Assembly: GCA_965202585.1 (NCBI GenBank) | Contig: OZ241833.1 | Location: forward strand, 34,782,001-34,846,000 | From: Thalia democratica | Taxonomy: Eukaryota | DNA: 64,000 nucleotides | Direction of reading: 5' to 3' | Shown: piece after piece, positions 52,031 through 64,000 of the stretch | How positions within the stretch are numbered: the stretch's first letter is position 1 | Layout: every line of letters starts with the position of its first letter | Position numbers and translations under genes: made by a program | The notes under the pieces: model-generated | What the model was told of the DNA's origin: nothing | Database searches by the model: none | What the model saw: the letters and a program-made list of their open reading frames with translations, nothing else

Positions 52031-55000
52031 ATTAAAACTCCACAGAACCTATATTTCAAATATTTTCAGATAGTCAATAGTAACTCTCCTGCAGTTTATA
52101 GTTGAGCAAAATCGTGCTGAACTTTACTTAAGGAATGGAATTTTGTTTATAACATTTTTAAGTTTTTTGAATACGTTAGAGAAAATTGACACTCAAAAAT
52201 TTTTTTAACAAGGACCTAGTTTATTGAAAGATCTTTCGGTTATCGTGCTGCTCACAAATTATTTACTTTATCTATTTTGAACAATAAAATATTGAGCAAA
52301 AAAACTTACGTTTCACTACAAAAATTGTACTTAAAAAAGTAAAATGTTTATGAAGAAAAACATAAGTTTAAAGAAAAAGATAACAAGACATGATACTTTT
52401 TTCAAAATAGCTTAACATGAAACAATAAACTGTATTTAAAAATTAGAACAAATTTTGCCGAGAGTAATATTAGGGCTGTCGATTGTTTTAATTTGTATAA
52501 TATTCGAAATCTATGTGTTCCCAGAATACAAAATAATATTTTTGTCTATGTTAAACTAACTAATTAAATAAGTACAAATTCAAATCTATACCTATAAATT
52601 AAATTATAACAAGACAAATCATGTTAAAAATACATAAAAATCGAATCAAAACTGTTTTACACCACATGTTAAACACAATACGTGTTTAACAAGATAATAA
52701 AAATAAAGCACTAACTATACAATTAAATTTATTATTATTTAATATTTTCAATTCATATTGTATAAGTAATTTGGTAAATAATTTTACCATGAAACGTTTT
52801 AAAGCAATTTCATCAAAGACTTTAAAATATACCAACACAACTACACAAGTATTAACTTTTTAAATAAAACCTAGTAATAGTTTGTGAAAAAAAATAGCAA
52901 TATGGTTGTACTTTCTACAACCTATACTGGATCAAAACCATCGGAACCCAATTAGTATAACTAGCGAGGACTATCCATATATGTAGTGATTATCAGTTTA
53001 CTCCTATAGCATAAGAAAGTTATTTAAACATTTCAACTTATTTATGTTTTATTCATTCATTTGTTTTTTTTAAAGTCTTCCAGATTGACCAGGTGCATTT
53101 CAAGGTGATTTTGATCTTCCAAGTGTTTTGTCATTCACTTTATAGTTTACTACCCTGATGAGCAACAGATTTAAGACCATCATTTACAGCTTGGTAAGAA
53201 AAAGTTTTTTTTTAGAAGCATTCCATAAACGGTTATGTACTTTGATTTATATCAATAAAAAGAACATATAAAATTAAATGGCAAAAATATATAATTAAAA
53301 TTGTACATAACGACAACTAGCTTATATCTAAACAAATTTTTAACATTTAATATTCTTGTATTTTTTTTAAAAATATCTTTTGTAATGAGACATCTAAAAT
53401 CTATATTAACCTGTATTTAGACTTGGATAAACTTTTATTTTCTCTGCCCCCCAAAACAACTCATGTATAATGTGACCCAAGAAGAGTGAGATAAATGCTA
53501 TGAAATTTAACATAAGTTATAATTTTCAATACAAATTAATCAACAGATTTATAATAGACCTCTATATCAGTTTGAAAATTTGTTTGAAAAAAATCACTTT
53601 GCGAGGATATTACAGTAACCAATGAGGTAATTATATTATAGTGTACTTAAACATATAAGAATAATATTAATTGATGACTTTTTGGTGATGAATTTTGTAC
53701 AAAAGCTTTAAAGAAACGGTGTTACATGAAGAAAAATAAAATTTTATTCAAGTACTGTTTAATTACTTGCTTAATAAAAACTACAGAGGGAGAGAAAACA
53801 GTTTAAACTTGTTATACTAAATTAAGCTGGATTTACTATTAGGCCTTTTTTGTGATAATCAATTAGTTTTAAATATTTTTAGAAGTGTTGACTTGAGATA
53901 TATATTTTAGTACAAGATTTACTTAAATTACAATTTATAGCTATTAAACTTTATTACAAACATTTTAAAAGATAGTTTTCAAAACTGTGTGAAAAAGTAC
54001 TACTAAAATTGAATTTTTATTCTACAAAACTTTTCTAAAACTACTGATTTTCCGTTAAAACCATAAGTAATTATTTAGTTAATATTTAAAGTAAGCTTTT
54101 TTTTATTAGTAATTTAGATACTAAAACTAAGGATCTATCTTTTTTACTATGGCTTATTGACAAAGTAAAATATAAGTTTTACTGATGAACGCCATAACAA
54201 AAGAACATAACAATTTTTTTCAAGTTTATTTCAATTATAATGTTACTGTGTTTTTTGCTTTAAATTATAAAATACTTCATTATCAAATACAATAACTAAA
54301 CATTACAAGCTACTTAAGAATAAAACGAGCTTGTTGAGTTGCACTCCATCTTCCTGTAATTAAAAAAAACTTTGTTTTTGCGGAACAACATATTTAGCAG
54401 CTTCAGAGTCCGATAAGTTCTTCCTCGTTTGTCATAAAAAAAAACTGTAAAAGTTTACTTTGTAAAAATAGCGTTTCAAAGATTTTCCCCGGAAAGGGCA
54501 GTATCTAAACCTTGCGAGATTTCAAGATTACATTCGTGACCCTATATCACGTGATTGGAAACGTACACGATAAATCTCTTTCATAAAGATCTTTTAGCAA
54601 AGAAAACAATGAGTATTCTGTTATCTCAAACCTGTCGTGATTTTCTCACATTTCCTGGAATTTTAGGCAGTCTACTAACAAAAAACCATAATACATTTAA
54701 ATTTCCTGGTTTTAAAAATGCTTTAGTAGAGGTATGTTGAAAGTGTTTCTTGCAAATCACTTATGATAACTCTTGGTGTTGATCTATCTCACGTAATAAG
54801 GTTTTATTGTCAACGTGAATATAGCAGTGTTATTGGTCGTATTACAAGGTGTACTTGTAGACTACAGCTTCTAATAATGGGTTTTACTTAGTTGTGACAC
54901 AAACTTTGATTTCAACAATTTTTTGATATTTAAAACAAAAACAAGAAAAAAAAAGTTTACTGGCCAAGAAAAAATACAAAAAGGGACGTGAAAAGTAATT

Positions 55001-56420
55001 ATCATTTAAATACATAAGAATTTTTTATAGATATTCTTCCGTAATTTAGCGTTCTACTGGATAAAACTTTGGTTAGATCCAGATCTTGGTAACTTATGGC
55101 ACTATCCGGAGTTACTATGATGTAGAACACTAGTAACTAAATCAAAAATATGTCAAAAATGTTGCTTATTTACTAATACTATAACAATTTACAATATATG
55201 AAAAAATTGGTCGAACAAGCTAAAAAAAAGTTTAAATGCTAACATAGTTCCTTTTCAAAAAAAATACAATTCCTCTCAATTGTATATAATTACTTTATAA
55301 AAGTTTTAAAATACTTTTATATGGCTTAGTTTGCTTGAAAGCTAATCAAAATTCTCTCAGTCTTGGTTGCTGTTTACATGGTTTGCAAATCTTCTCAAAA
55401 TTCATTTTTTAATTGTAGTTTCTTTGTACTTTTCTTGCAATCGTCCTTTTAAGTTTAACTTTTAGTTATAGTTTCTTTGTTCTAGAAAACTAACGAAATT
55501 CGTAACTAACTTTTTAATTATACAATTTTATTTTAGCTCTTCTGAAAAACACTGCCTCCTCAGCATAAACAGGGTTTACATTCGTATGACTTGTTTAAAA
55601 AATTTTTTTTTTTATCTTAAAATAAAAAGTATCAAAAATATAACTATTTCTTTATCTGAAATACTTATGACTTTTTATACATACTTATAACATGTTTTTA
55701 GTTATATAAAAGAAGTATCTAGTCATAAAAGTTAGATAAAAAAAGCAAAATAATAAATAATGATAACAATTCAGTTTATCATACCTTTTAAAAATTACCA
55801 TTTTTTGAAGTTATTTAATTTAAACAGACAATAAATGAACAAGTAAAAAAAAATTTTAAATTATTAGTTTTTACTTGTAAAATTTATTTTAGAAGCACTG
55901 ATAACTTTATTAAATTTACTACAACATTTCATATTGTTGTGCACAGATAACAAAATTGTTGATTTAATAAACAGAAAACTATTCGAAAACGTACATTTAA
56001 GTATAAAACAAATGCTATTCGTATTTAAAATTTTAAAAGAATTAAAATTAAGCTGTAGCTATTAGTAATTAAAAAAATTCATCAGTTAAGCGACTGAATA
56101 TCAAAAAGTTTGCAAGAATAATTAAAAAGTATATGTAAAAAGCTAAAAAATAAATACATTTAAAAGACTAACAAAAAGAAATACACTACTTTAATGTATT
56201 TGAATAGATTTTTTTTTCCTTTTAGCTACATAAATAAATAAGACACCAGATACTAATATGAAAAAAAAGTTTTTTTAAATTAAAACGGTGTCTGGGGGTT
56301 AAAATAAAAATCTAGTTTTTTTAACATGGTCCCTTTATAAGTATTGCAACATTTTATAAGAAGTTTTAATTTGGTCAGATTAATTTTTCATTAGACTCCT
56401 ACATGTCTTTTGCCTTCATC

Positions 56421-59400
56421 TTAAGTTGTTCTTATCTCATAATCTGTTATTTTTTAAAAATTGATTGACAAATTGAAATAAACCTTAAGAGTAGAATATA
56501 ACTTTTTTTAGCTTAATACTTTAATAAAGTAAATCTAAAGTAAATAGAAGTTAAAAACTAATTATGTATTAAACAGTATTTCAAACCAGCTTTTCACATA
56601 ATCATGTAATAAAAAGTTTAGTTGAGATTTTTAAATTGTAAGTTTACTTAAAAACACTTGAGGGTGCTGTAGTACACAATTTAAAACATTAAACTGTAAT
56701 ATAAAACTTTAAAAATAAACATGTAGATGAGGTAGTTTCAAAGTATGCATTTTTTTGGCAAAATTTTTATGCTTTTAAAACTGTTTTGAATTAATTTATC
56801 AAAATCTAATTTATTTACAAAACTTGTACTAAAAAAACCTCTATATTAAATAACCAGGGTTGCCACTCGCTTTTTCAAAAATTTTCCAGGTTTTCTAAAT
56901 TTCCTCCAGGTTTTTAAAAGTACATATTTTCGGGTTTATTTTTAGTTTAAATTTAAGTTTAAGGTAAAAAACTGTGTTAAGATACTAATAGTTAATAAAA
57001 ACATTGAAAAGATACTGTAAAGCTACTTAAAATGTGATTTTTAATAAAATGAAGTTTTGATAATGAAAAAAAGTTTTTATTTATTTATCATTAGATTATT
57101 TGTGTCAAATCAAAATTTTTCTACTGAACATGCAAAACTTATTAAAATTCCAGGTTATTTAGGGATTTTTGTTCAAAATTCCAGATTTTTCTTGGTAAAG
57201 TGGTAACCCTGAATTACTTATTAACAAAATAAAGCTGTTCTTTAGTAGGCAACAATTTTTTATTTGTCTAACAGCTTTAAGATTTAAGGACTTACAACCG
57301 GGATCATTCTATCGAATACATGACTAATTTTATTGTTTACTATGTTAGTCGTTAAAACCTTTAATATGAAAAGACACAAACAAAACGAAATTGTTGGAAA
57401 ATATCAACAACAATGTCACTGATGAAACGAAATTAATTAATATTAAATAACAAAAACAAACCTCCGTTTTGAGTTATGTACCTGACCCAAGGCAGAGCTT
57501 GGTACCCGCTCTTCTCAATTATCTTCAAATACCTAACCTGTTTATTCATATATTAAAAGTAATTGTGTTTACAGGAAGGGGTTCTTAATATTTTTATCTC
57601 AGTTGTTAATTGGTTAAACTTTATTGCTACCTTTTGTAAGTGTATTACACAAGTGTATTAGCTAATTGAAGGCTAAAAGAACCTTAAACACTTTGCTTTT
57701 ACTAAACAAGAGTATATGTATCTTAAAACTAAATTAAACTTTTTTAACTAAAACAAAATTTGACTTTTCTATAAAGAGTACATTTAAAAAAAATCAGATT
57801 GACGAAAAGATAAATATCATTATGATAAAATAAATACAATGTTTAAGTATTAGTTTTTAAGAACCATTAAAACTAACAAAACATCTTTTATTTAATATAA
57901 GATAATTCATACATATTAAAAAACCTAAAACTTTTAATTTTTTAATATCATAGTCGTTTCGTTATGTAAAAATTGAAAACAAAATCGAACCTGAATTCCG
58001 CTGGTGGTGAAGTATGGAATTTCGAACTTTACTGAAATAGGGGGTTTCCCCTCCAACTCCTCGCTTTCCACGGAGGGGAGGCCGAAGTGCGCCCTCATCA
58101 GGAACTCCTTGCCGCCCTAACAAGGTTTCAGGTCGTCATAGTTACGTACTCGCGGTTGTCAAGTAATGTAAAGGTAGATGTGCAAATGTACAACTTGTAT
58201 TTATCATTTAACAGGGTTTGAATATAAATGTGTTTAGCTTGGTTTTAGCCGTGGCAGAAAAAAAAAACTCAATTTATTTAGACTTTTTTATAAACGAAAA
58301 ATTTATAATAAATAAAAGCATAAAGTTTTTTAGCTTATACGTCAATAAAAACTAACGGGAAACGACTTGATGTTCCAGTTCAGGCTGGACGTGGCGGGCA
58401 TCCACTTGACGTTTCCCACCGATGTTTTGAACTTGGGGGTGTCGGCGTCGTTGGGAACCGGCACGGTGATCTCCACGTTGTTCGCCGTCGACCTCCGCTT
58501 GAACTGAGATTTCGCCTGTTGTGATATGAATTGGATTGGAATGATTTGAAACAGGGAAAATGGACACATAGTGGGCTTAAAAGGGGTCATGCGCCATTTG
58601 ACTACAGTAAGGATAATAGTAATACTTGAAAATAACAGTGCGCTAAAACGAAAGCATAAGTAGTAAATTTTTTAGCTGTAGACCTCCTCTTTAACTGATA
58701 CTTCGCCTGTTGTAATATAAACTGGATTGAGAAAATATGTTAGAATAAAGTGGCTTAATTAAATGTAGAATAGCAATTTGTTACTGTTTTTACAGCTTGG
58801 ATTTTGCTTGTTTTGATGCTATAAAAACGTTGTTTTTATAATAGTTTAACCTGGTATTTATATTCTAATTCCTTGATTTACTAAATTTAGTACCCCAGTA
58901 AATAAAGTGACTGGATTTTTATTAGCACCGTTTTTTAACATAAAAATTCAGTTGATTATGACATGTGATTAAAACTAGATTATATTTTCGGAATAAACTT
59001 TTTTCAATTGCTTGGTATGTCTGTTTTTTAGTTCACTAGACAGTTTAATTGAAGTCAGTTAAAGTAATGGAGTCTAGAGTCTGGTGATCGTCACATGTTC
59101 ATTGATGATCAATAATCATATTTTGATTTTTACAAAAAATATCGAAAACAACTTATTTAGGTTCCAAAGTTAGAAACAAATTAACACTAAAATTTAAAAT
59201 AACGAAACAATAAACAAATTGAATACCTTGACCATAATTTCCACTCTGCTGTGTGAGTGTCTTTCGATAACTGATTCAATCCAAATAAGCGGTTTCACCT
59301 GCATGAAGTAGTTTCATAAAAGACATTACTGTAATGTGGAAAAAATTCATACGCAATTTCTAATTTTTTTAGTTTAACAAAATTGAATTAGATTAGATAA

Positions 59401-62400
59401 ATAAAATCTTAACATCATACAAGCGTTTCGAGTCAGTCGTTCATTAAAATGTTTTTGTTTCTGAAACTATATTCCTTACAAAAAGAAGCACATTGATTAT
59501 AAGTCACAACACTATAAATCTACGGAGTCTATAAAATAATAACACACATTAGAAAAAAAAAACATGTATAATCATCTATAATGTTTATGTGAATAGTAAC
59601 TATAAACAAACTTTGTGGTTTGAAAACAAAGTTTGGAATATAAACATAGAAATGTAAAGTGGTCTACAAAATTAATAAAAGCATATACTAACCTCAAAAA
59701 AGCTCTAAGAATAGGTAGTTTTTAAAAATGAAAATTAAATTAAGTTGTGCAGAAGTGTTATCCATTTAGTTGGTATAATATTTTTAAAACATTCTAAAAG
59801 TTTATTTAAGTTAATGCAGTGTTATAACTCAGTTTGCATATAGCTTTGTAACAGCAAGTTTAGTAAAAACAGATAACACCAACATGAGTGTTGAGCCGAT
59901 AGCTCATGAGTTCGAATTCCCCATCGGGTGGGATGAACGATATCGTTCTGTCGTTTTCGAACCTGGAAAGTCTCACGCACTGGTGGAACTTCACGTCCTC
60001 CATATCCACCGCCTTGCTCTTACCTCCTGTTAGGTAGTTGTACTATATTTTAACAAACTTTGAAAACCACATTTGGTAAAATACCGTTTAATAAATTTTA
60101 GCTTTGTCTAATGTCAAACATTCTTTTTGATTGTTTTACTCTTCCCCTTAAAAATTGATATTTGCTATTATTTTTTTAACATTTTAAAATAGTTTACTTT
60201 TTTAATTTCTGCTCAATTTGATATTAAAAACACTTATTTCTCTTGTGGTATTTCTCTTAGGTGATGCAGAAAAAAAAATCCGAGTTACCGGTGATCGATT
60301 TGCCTATACTCGAGTTGTCTCTGCTCGGATCGCTCCTGCTCTGCTTTTTCATTTTTAATTTACAATCGCTTGTGGAATGTTACTTGAGTGTGTACTGTTT
60401 TAGGGATTTTTCAACCTAGACTACTTACCGCAAAATATTGATTTTGCGGTATTTCTTAAAGAAATTTTGTTTTTTTGACTTCATTTGCGGCAGTCAGCTA
60501 AGAGTTTGCGGTAGTGTAGTGAGCAAAATGTCTAAATTGTAGTTTTATAAGAGATTTTGTTCTATAAAAAAAATTAAAACGTTAGAGATACTTAATTTTT
60601 TTGTTACACAATTTTAAGGTGGTGCAATTGCGGCAGTGCAACACCCCACGCGACGCCCCTGTTATTGACTGTCGTACTTTTAATATAAAACAATCTAAGA
60701 ATATTGTATTTAAGACATTTTTCCTTGATTAGAAAATATTTTTTAACTGTAGATAGATTTAGTTTTACTAAATATCCTTGTTTTGACTGTCCAAAACTTT
60801 TTTATAATATATCTCTTTGTGTTAGAAAACATTATTTTTTGTGTAAAAATCAATTATTCAGATTTAACTTTAAGGTAAATTTTGTATTAAAAAAATATTA
60901 ACTTTAATATTTACTCATCCTAATGCTTAAATAAAAAAACTTAATGATCACATAATTTCAAGATGAGCTTTTAGTAAAATTCGCCATACTATATGCACTT
61001 TTCATAACTTATCAGGTATAAAGTAAAAATATGTAGACATGCTTGGTTGGTACAAAATTTAATGGCATAAGGGGGTTAACACTTTTTTTTTGAAATTTAG
61101 TCTTGTTTTTTACAGGACTAATCAAGCTACCAGTTACTTTTTACCTGTTTGTTAAAATTCGAAGTAACTTTTGAGATATAAGCAATCAAAGTTAGAGGGT
61201 ACAATAGATTCTTTATGGAAGGGGCAAACTAAAAAGGCAAAACTAGGCTATTTCACTAAAAAACTATCATTTCTTTATTTCTTCTTTCAGTTTTAAAGTA
61301 ATATTTTTAAACATTTTTAGAGTTAAGTTTAATAAAATTATCATATTTTTAACCAAAAAATTTTTTCTTAAAGAAGAAATAAATAAAAAATGTTTTTATT
61401 TTTAATTTTAGACATAATAAAATTTTTTTTTCAAAAGTCCGCTTACTTAAGTTGTTTGTATTATCATAAAAAATATTTCCAAAAAATGTTGAAGGATACT
61501 TCTTTAAAAATGACGGAGGAGATAGATTTTTAACAAACTTTTTAAAATTCTGAGAAATTTGGTCTTGAAAATTTTTGATTAAAAACGATTACACCGAATA
61601 TTTTTAGAAATCTGGTTTTATCTCAAAAGTTTATTTATTTATTTTTGTTCTATAAAAAGTATATTATAGCATAAAGCTTTCAAATAAGAGCCAACGTTAA
61701 TTTTTGTAAAAAAAAAAAAGAAATGTTGGACTACCTTATGCCCTTAAAATGAAACTTTTATTTTTTCACGATTGACTGCAAGAAACTAAGACAAACATAA
61801 ATGATTAAATTTTTCTGATTGAAAGAAAAAAAAAAGTTTGAAATCAATAACAAATGGTACATTTACAACTGTAAAGTCGTAGACAAATGACATGACTGTT
61901 GAAAAATAACTTGCAAAATTCAAATACAGTTTTATTGTATCACAACTGATTATAGTTTTGAATTAATTAAGTGCACTTAAAAACCAGTTTTATTTTTGGA
62001 GAAGTATAAAAAAAATTATACTGTTTTAAGAGATAGTCACGTAGTTTTTTGTCAAGTAAATCAACTTTGTCCTTAAATAAATCAATGAATATAAATATTT
62101 AGAGCATTATTTTGCTAATTTGTAGTTCCGCTTGCTATTTTGTATAAAAAATTACTAATGTTTACTGTAAAGAAATTGTATTTTTAAACGTATTTATAAA
62201 GTCTTTGTTATTGGTAAACTTGAATATGGCATTTGCAAACCTAGTTTACTTGTATTTTGTCCCTCTATTGAAAAAAATGTTTTAAAAACCACACCAGTTC
62301 AAGAATGGTAACTTCTGCTTTCACTATTTGGCTTGCAAAGAAATTTGTAACCTCAGTAAACTTTACAAAAAGTCCTATGCAAAGAGAAGAATGATGAGTT

Positions 62401-63393
62401 TTTTTTTTTGATAATTTTTGTTTAAAATATCATTGAAATTTTCTTTTTGGTAGCAAGCTTTTTGTTTTTGTTGGCCCTAGTTTATATCAACATGCAAAAT
62501 TAAAGTCTACTTGTGTCATTTCAATAAACAATATAAATAAAAATACAAAAACGATTGGTTAAACATTAGATTTCAGCAAAAAATAACAAAACACAAATGC
62601 AAAACGATAAAACTTAAATCGTTCGAAATACGTAAAGCAATTTAAAGTATAACAAACTTTGTTTTATTTCAGTCAAACTCAACACATAGCCTAAAATTTG
62701 ATTATAAAAAAAAACTTGCCTAAACCAGCATAAGGAAGCAGCTTGCCTTCTAATAGTAGTTATAACATGTTAACTTAAACAAACACCACAAAATTTACTA
62801 AGTACTTTTTTTTAACACTAATTATAGTACACTTAAAGCCTTGAGTTTCAACCAATACTACAAGTTTTTAATAAATACTTATTGTTTAACTTTTTTGAAC
62901 ATAATCAAAATTACTTTAAAAATCTTCTTTTAAACACTACTAATTAGAGCAAATTTGTAGTTCTTAATTTCAAAATCACAATTTCTATAACTATCGTAGT
63001 TATTTATACCATACAAACTATAGCACATTAATATATATATATAAATATATACTAATGTAGTTATTTACACTACACATACTAATACATACTTCATAATCAC
63101 TACAATACAAATCTTCACTACATCTTCTCTTAAACACTCTAGTGAGAGTAAATTTATAGTCCTCAAATTAAAAATTCACAATTTCTATAATTAATGTAGT
63201 TACACACACTAATACTTCACAACCACTAACTGCCGGTGTTCTGGAACAGTATCTTGTCGTTGAGTCCCAGCCTCAATTCCGGCATCCCCGACAGGTACAC
63301 CCGCATCTTAACCGATCCCACGATCTCCGACCGCAGCACGTTTCCGTTGGCAGACACCAGCAGGTTCACCGACTCTATAACGTCCAAGAACAC
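56421..63393 (-). CDS. AP1M1: AP-1 complex subunit mu-1 (clathrin adaptor medium chain), 3' portion; 5' exons lie outside the window
   Basis: Exons 63393-63231, 60026-59884, 59298-59227, 58515-58357, 58116-57991, 57537-57462 and 56443-56421. They give [26 protein letters not shown]...[56 protein letters not shown]...[14 protein letters not shown]...[16 protein letters not shown]...[32 protein letters not shown]. Confidence 0.97.
56855..57211. mobile_element. MITE in the last AP1M1 intron
   Basis: 13-bp TIRs CAGGGTTGCCACT / AGTGGTAACCCTG (1 mismatch) and repeated internal TTCCAGG. Same family as 8726-9075. Confidence 0.7.
58660..58735 (-). pseudogene. Decayed partial duplicate of an AP1M1 exon start, including its 3' splice site
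   Basis: Reverse strand CAG|GCG AAG TAT CAG TTA AAG AGG AGG TCT ACA GCT ([11 protein letters not shown]) versus the true exon CAG|[11 protein letters not shown]. About 25 nt of upstream intron is also homologous. Confidence 0.85.
60426..60661. mobile_element. DNA-transposon remnant
   Basis: Ends in GCGACGCCCCTG (a CAGGGG-type TIR), with repeated TTGCGG(C/T)A motifs and an 11-bp hairpin TACCGCAAAAT-ATTG-ATTTTGCGGTA. The left TIR was not found. Confidence 0.4.
61063..61743. mobile_element. TTAA-flanked non-autonomous DNA transposon (Kolobok-like ends)
   Basis: TTAA|TGGCATAAGG ... CCTTATGCCC|TTAA. It shares terminal and internal motifs with 1-650. The superfamily assignment is tentative. Confidence 0.6.
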
Positions 63394-63909
63394 CTGGTAG
63401 GAAAAGAATATATTTATTTAAGGTTTTTAATAAAAAGAAATGTACAATCATAATTTTACACTTCAAGATTTCAATGAAGGTATCAATTTTATCACGTCCA
63501 AGAACACCTGGTTGAAAAAATTATGAATGTATACTAACAATATATTTTTAGAGATATTTTCTTTTTATTTACTATATTCAACAACACCTTGGGGGTTAAT
63601 TGGTAAACTTTTATGTGAATTAAGTTTTTTGGTAAAAATTAACTCTTATAACGTCCAAGAACACCTGATTGAAAAATTATAAATATGCGTAAATTTTTCT
63701 GGTAAAAAGATACGTAAACTACATTTATCATTTTGCACAAAAATTTGAATAGGGTTTTAGTTTTAACACGTCCAAGAAAGCCTGGGGAGCTATTGGTAAT
63801 TTTTATATCAGTTCAGTTTTTGATAAAATAAAAGACATATGTAAAATTGTCATTTTACACTTTAAAATTTTGGTGATGTTATCAGTTTTGTCACGTCCGA
63901 AAACACCTG
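63380..63909 (-). repeat. Diverged tandem repeat whose conserved core is the AP1M1 intron/exon junction
   Basis: The ACGTCCAAGAACACCTG core occurs at 63380 (true junction), 63494 and 63651, with variants at 63768 and 63893 and a partial copy near 63580. Inter-core sequences are related to each other. Confidence 0.9.
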
Positions 63910-64000
63910 GGAATTCGTTGGATTCAATTCATATTGGTATTTTTAAAACTGATTTATATTTTTGGACCTTTTGTTTTTTGGTTTGTTAAAGTCATATGTG

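Noticed and set aside
53154-53175. CTGATGAG, a possible additional hammerhead core (CTGATGA also at 54182 and 57419)
   Set aside because: None has a stem II followed by GAAA and a cleavage triplet.
54300-54900. Slightly GC-richer tract with a faint resemblance to a hAT dimerisation domain on the minus strand
   Set aside because: The similarity is too weak and broken to support without a profile search.
63380-63909. CRISPR-like appearance (17-bp repeats with variable spacers)
   Set aside because: The context is a eukaryotic intron with no cas genes. The spacers are 100-140 bp and homologous to each other, and the repeat is the host splice junction.

Overview
This is AT-rich (roughly 25% GC by eye) animal genomic DNA with spliceosomal GT-AG introns. 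It is not prokaryotic, and the CYP1-like gene suggests an invertebrate deuterostome such as a tunicate (inference only). Five protein-coding genes could be spliced by hand: the 3' part of BBS9 (+, 761-9709), a tandem pair of Nibbler/MUT-7/EXD3 3'-5' exoribonucleases (-, 16104-18394 and 22092-24168), a complete 7-exon CYP1-family P450 (-, 29964-41307) and the 3' part of the AP-1 mu subunit (-, 56421-63393). There is also a small unidentified ORF near 14.1 kb, many hAT-type and TTAA-flanked MITEs, two Penelope-like GIY-YIG relics and one assembly gap. The strongest leads are: (1) the second EXD3 copy keeps an intact ORF but has lost two of four DEDDy catalytic acids, giving an active/pseudonuclease pair; (2) two hammerhead ribozymes sit in inverted orientation in a BBS9 intron; (3) nine AHR-type XRE motifs cluster upstream of the CYP1 gene; (4) AP-1 mu 3' splice sites are repeatedly duplicated; (5) 19 of 28 deduced 5' splice sites have a pyrimidine at +3.
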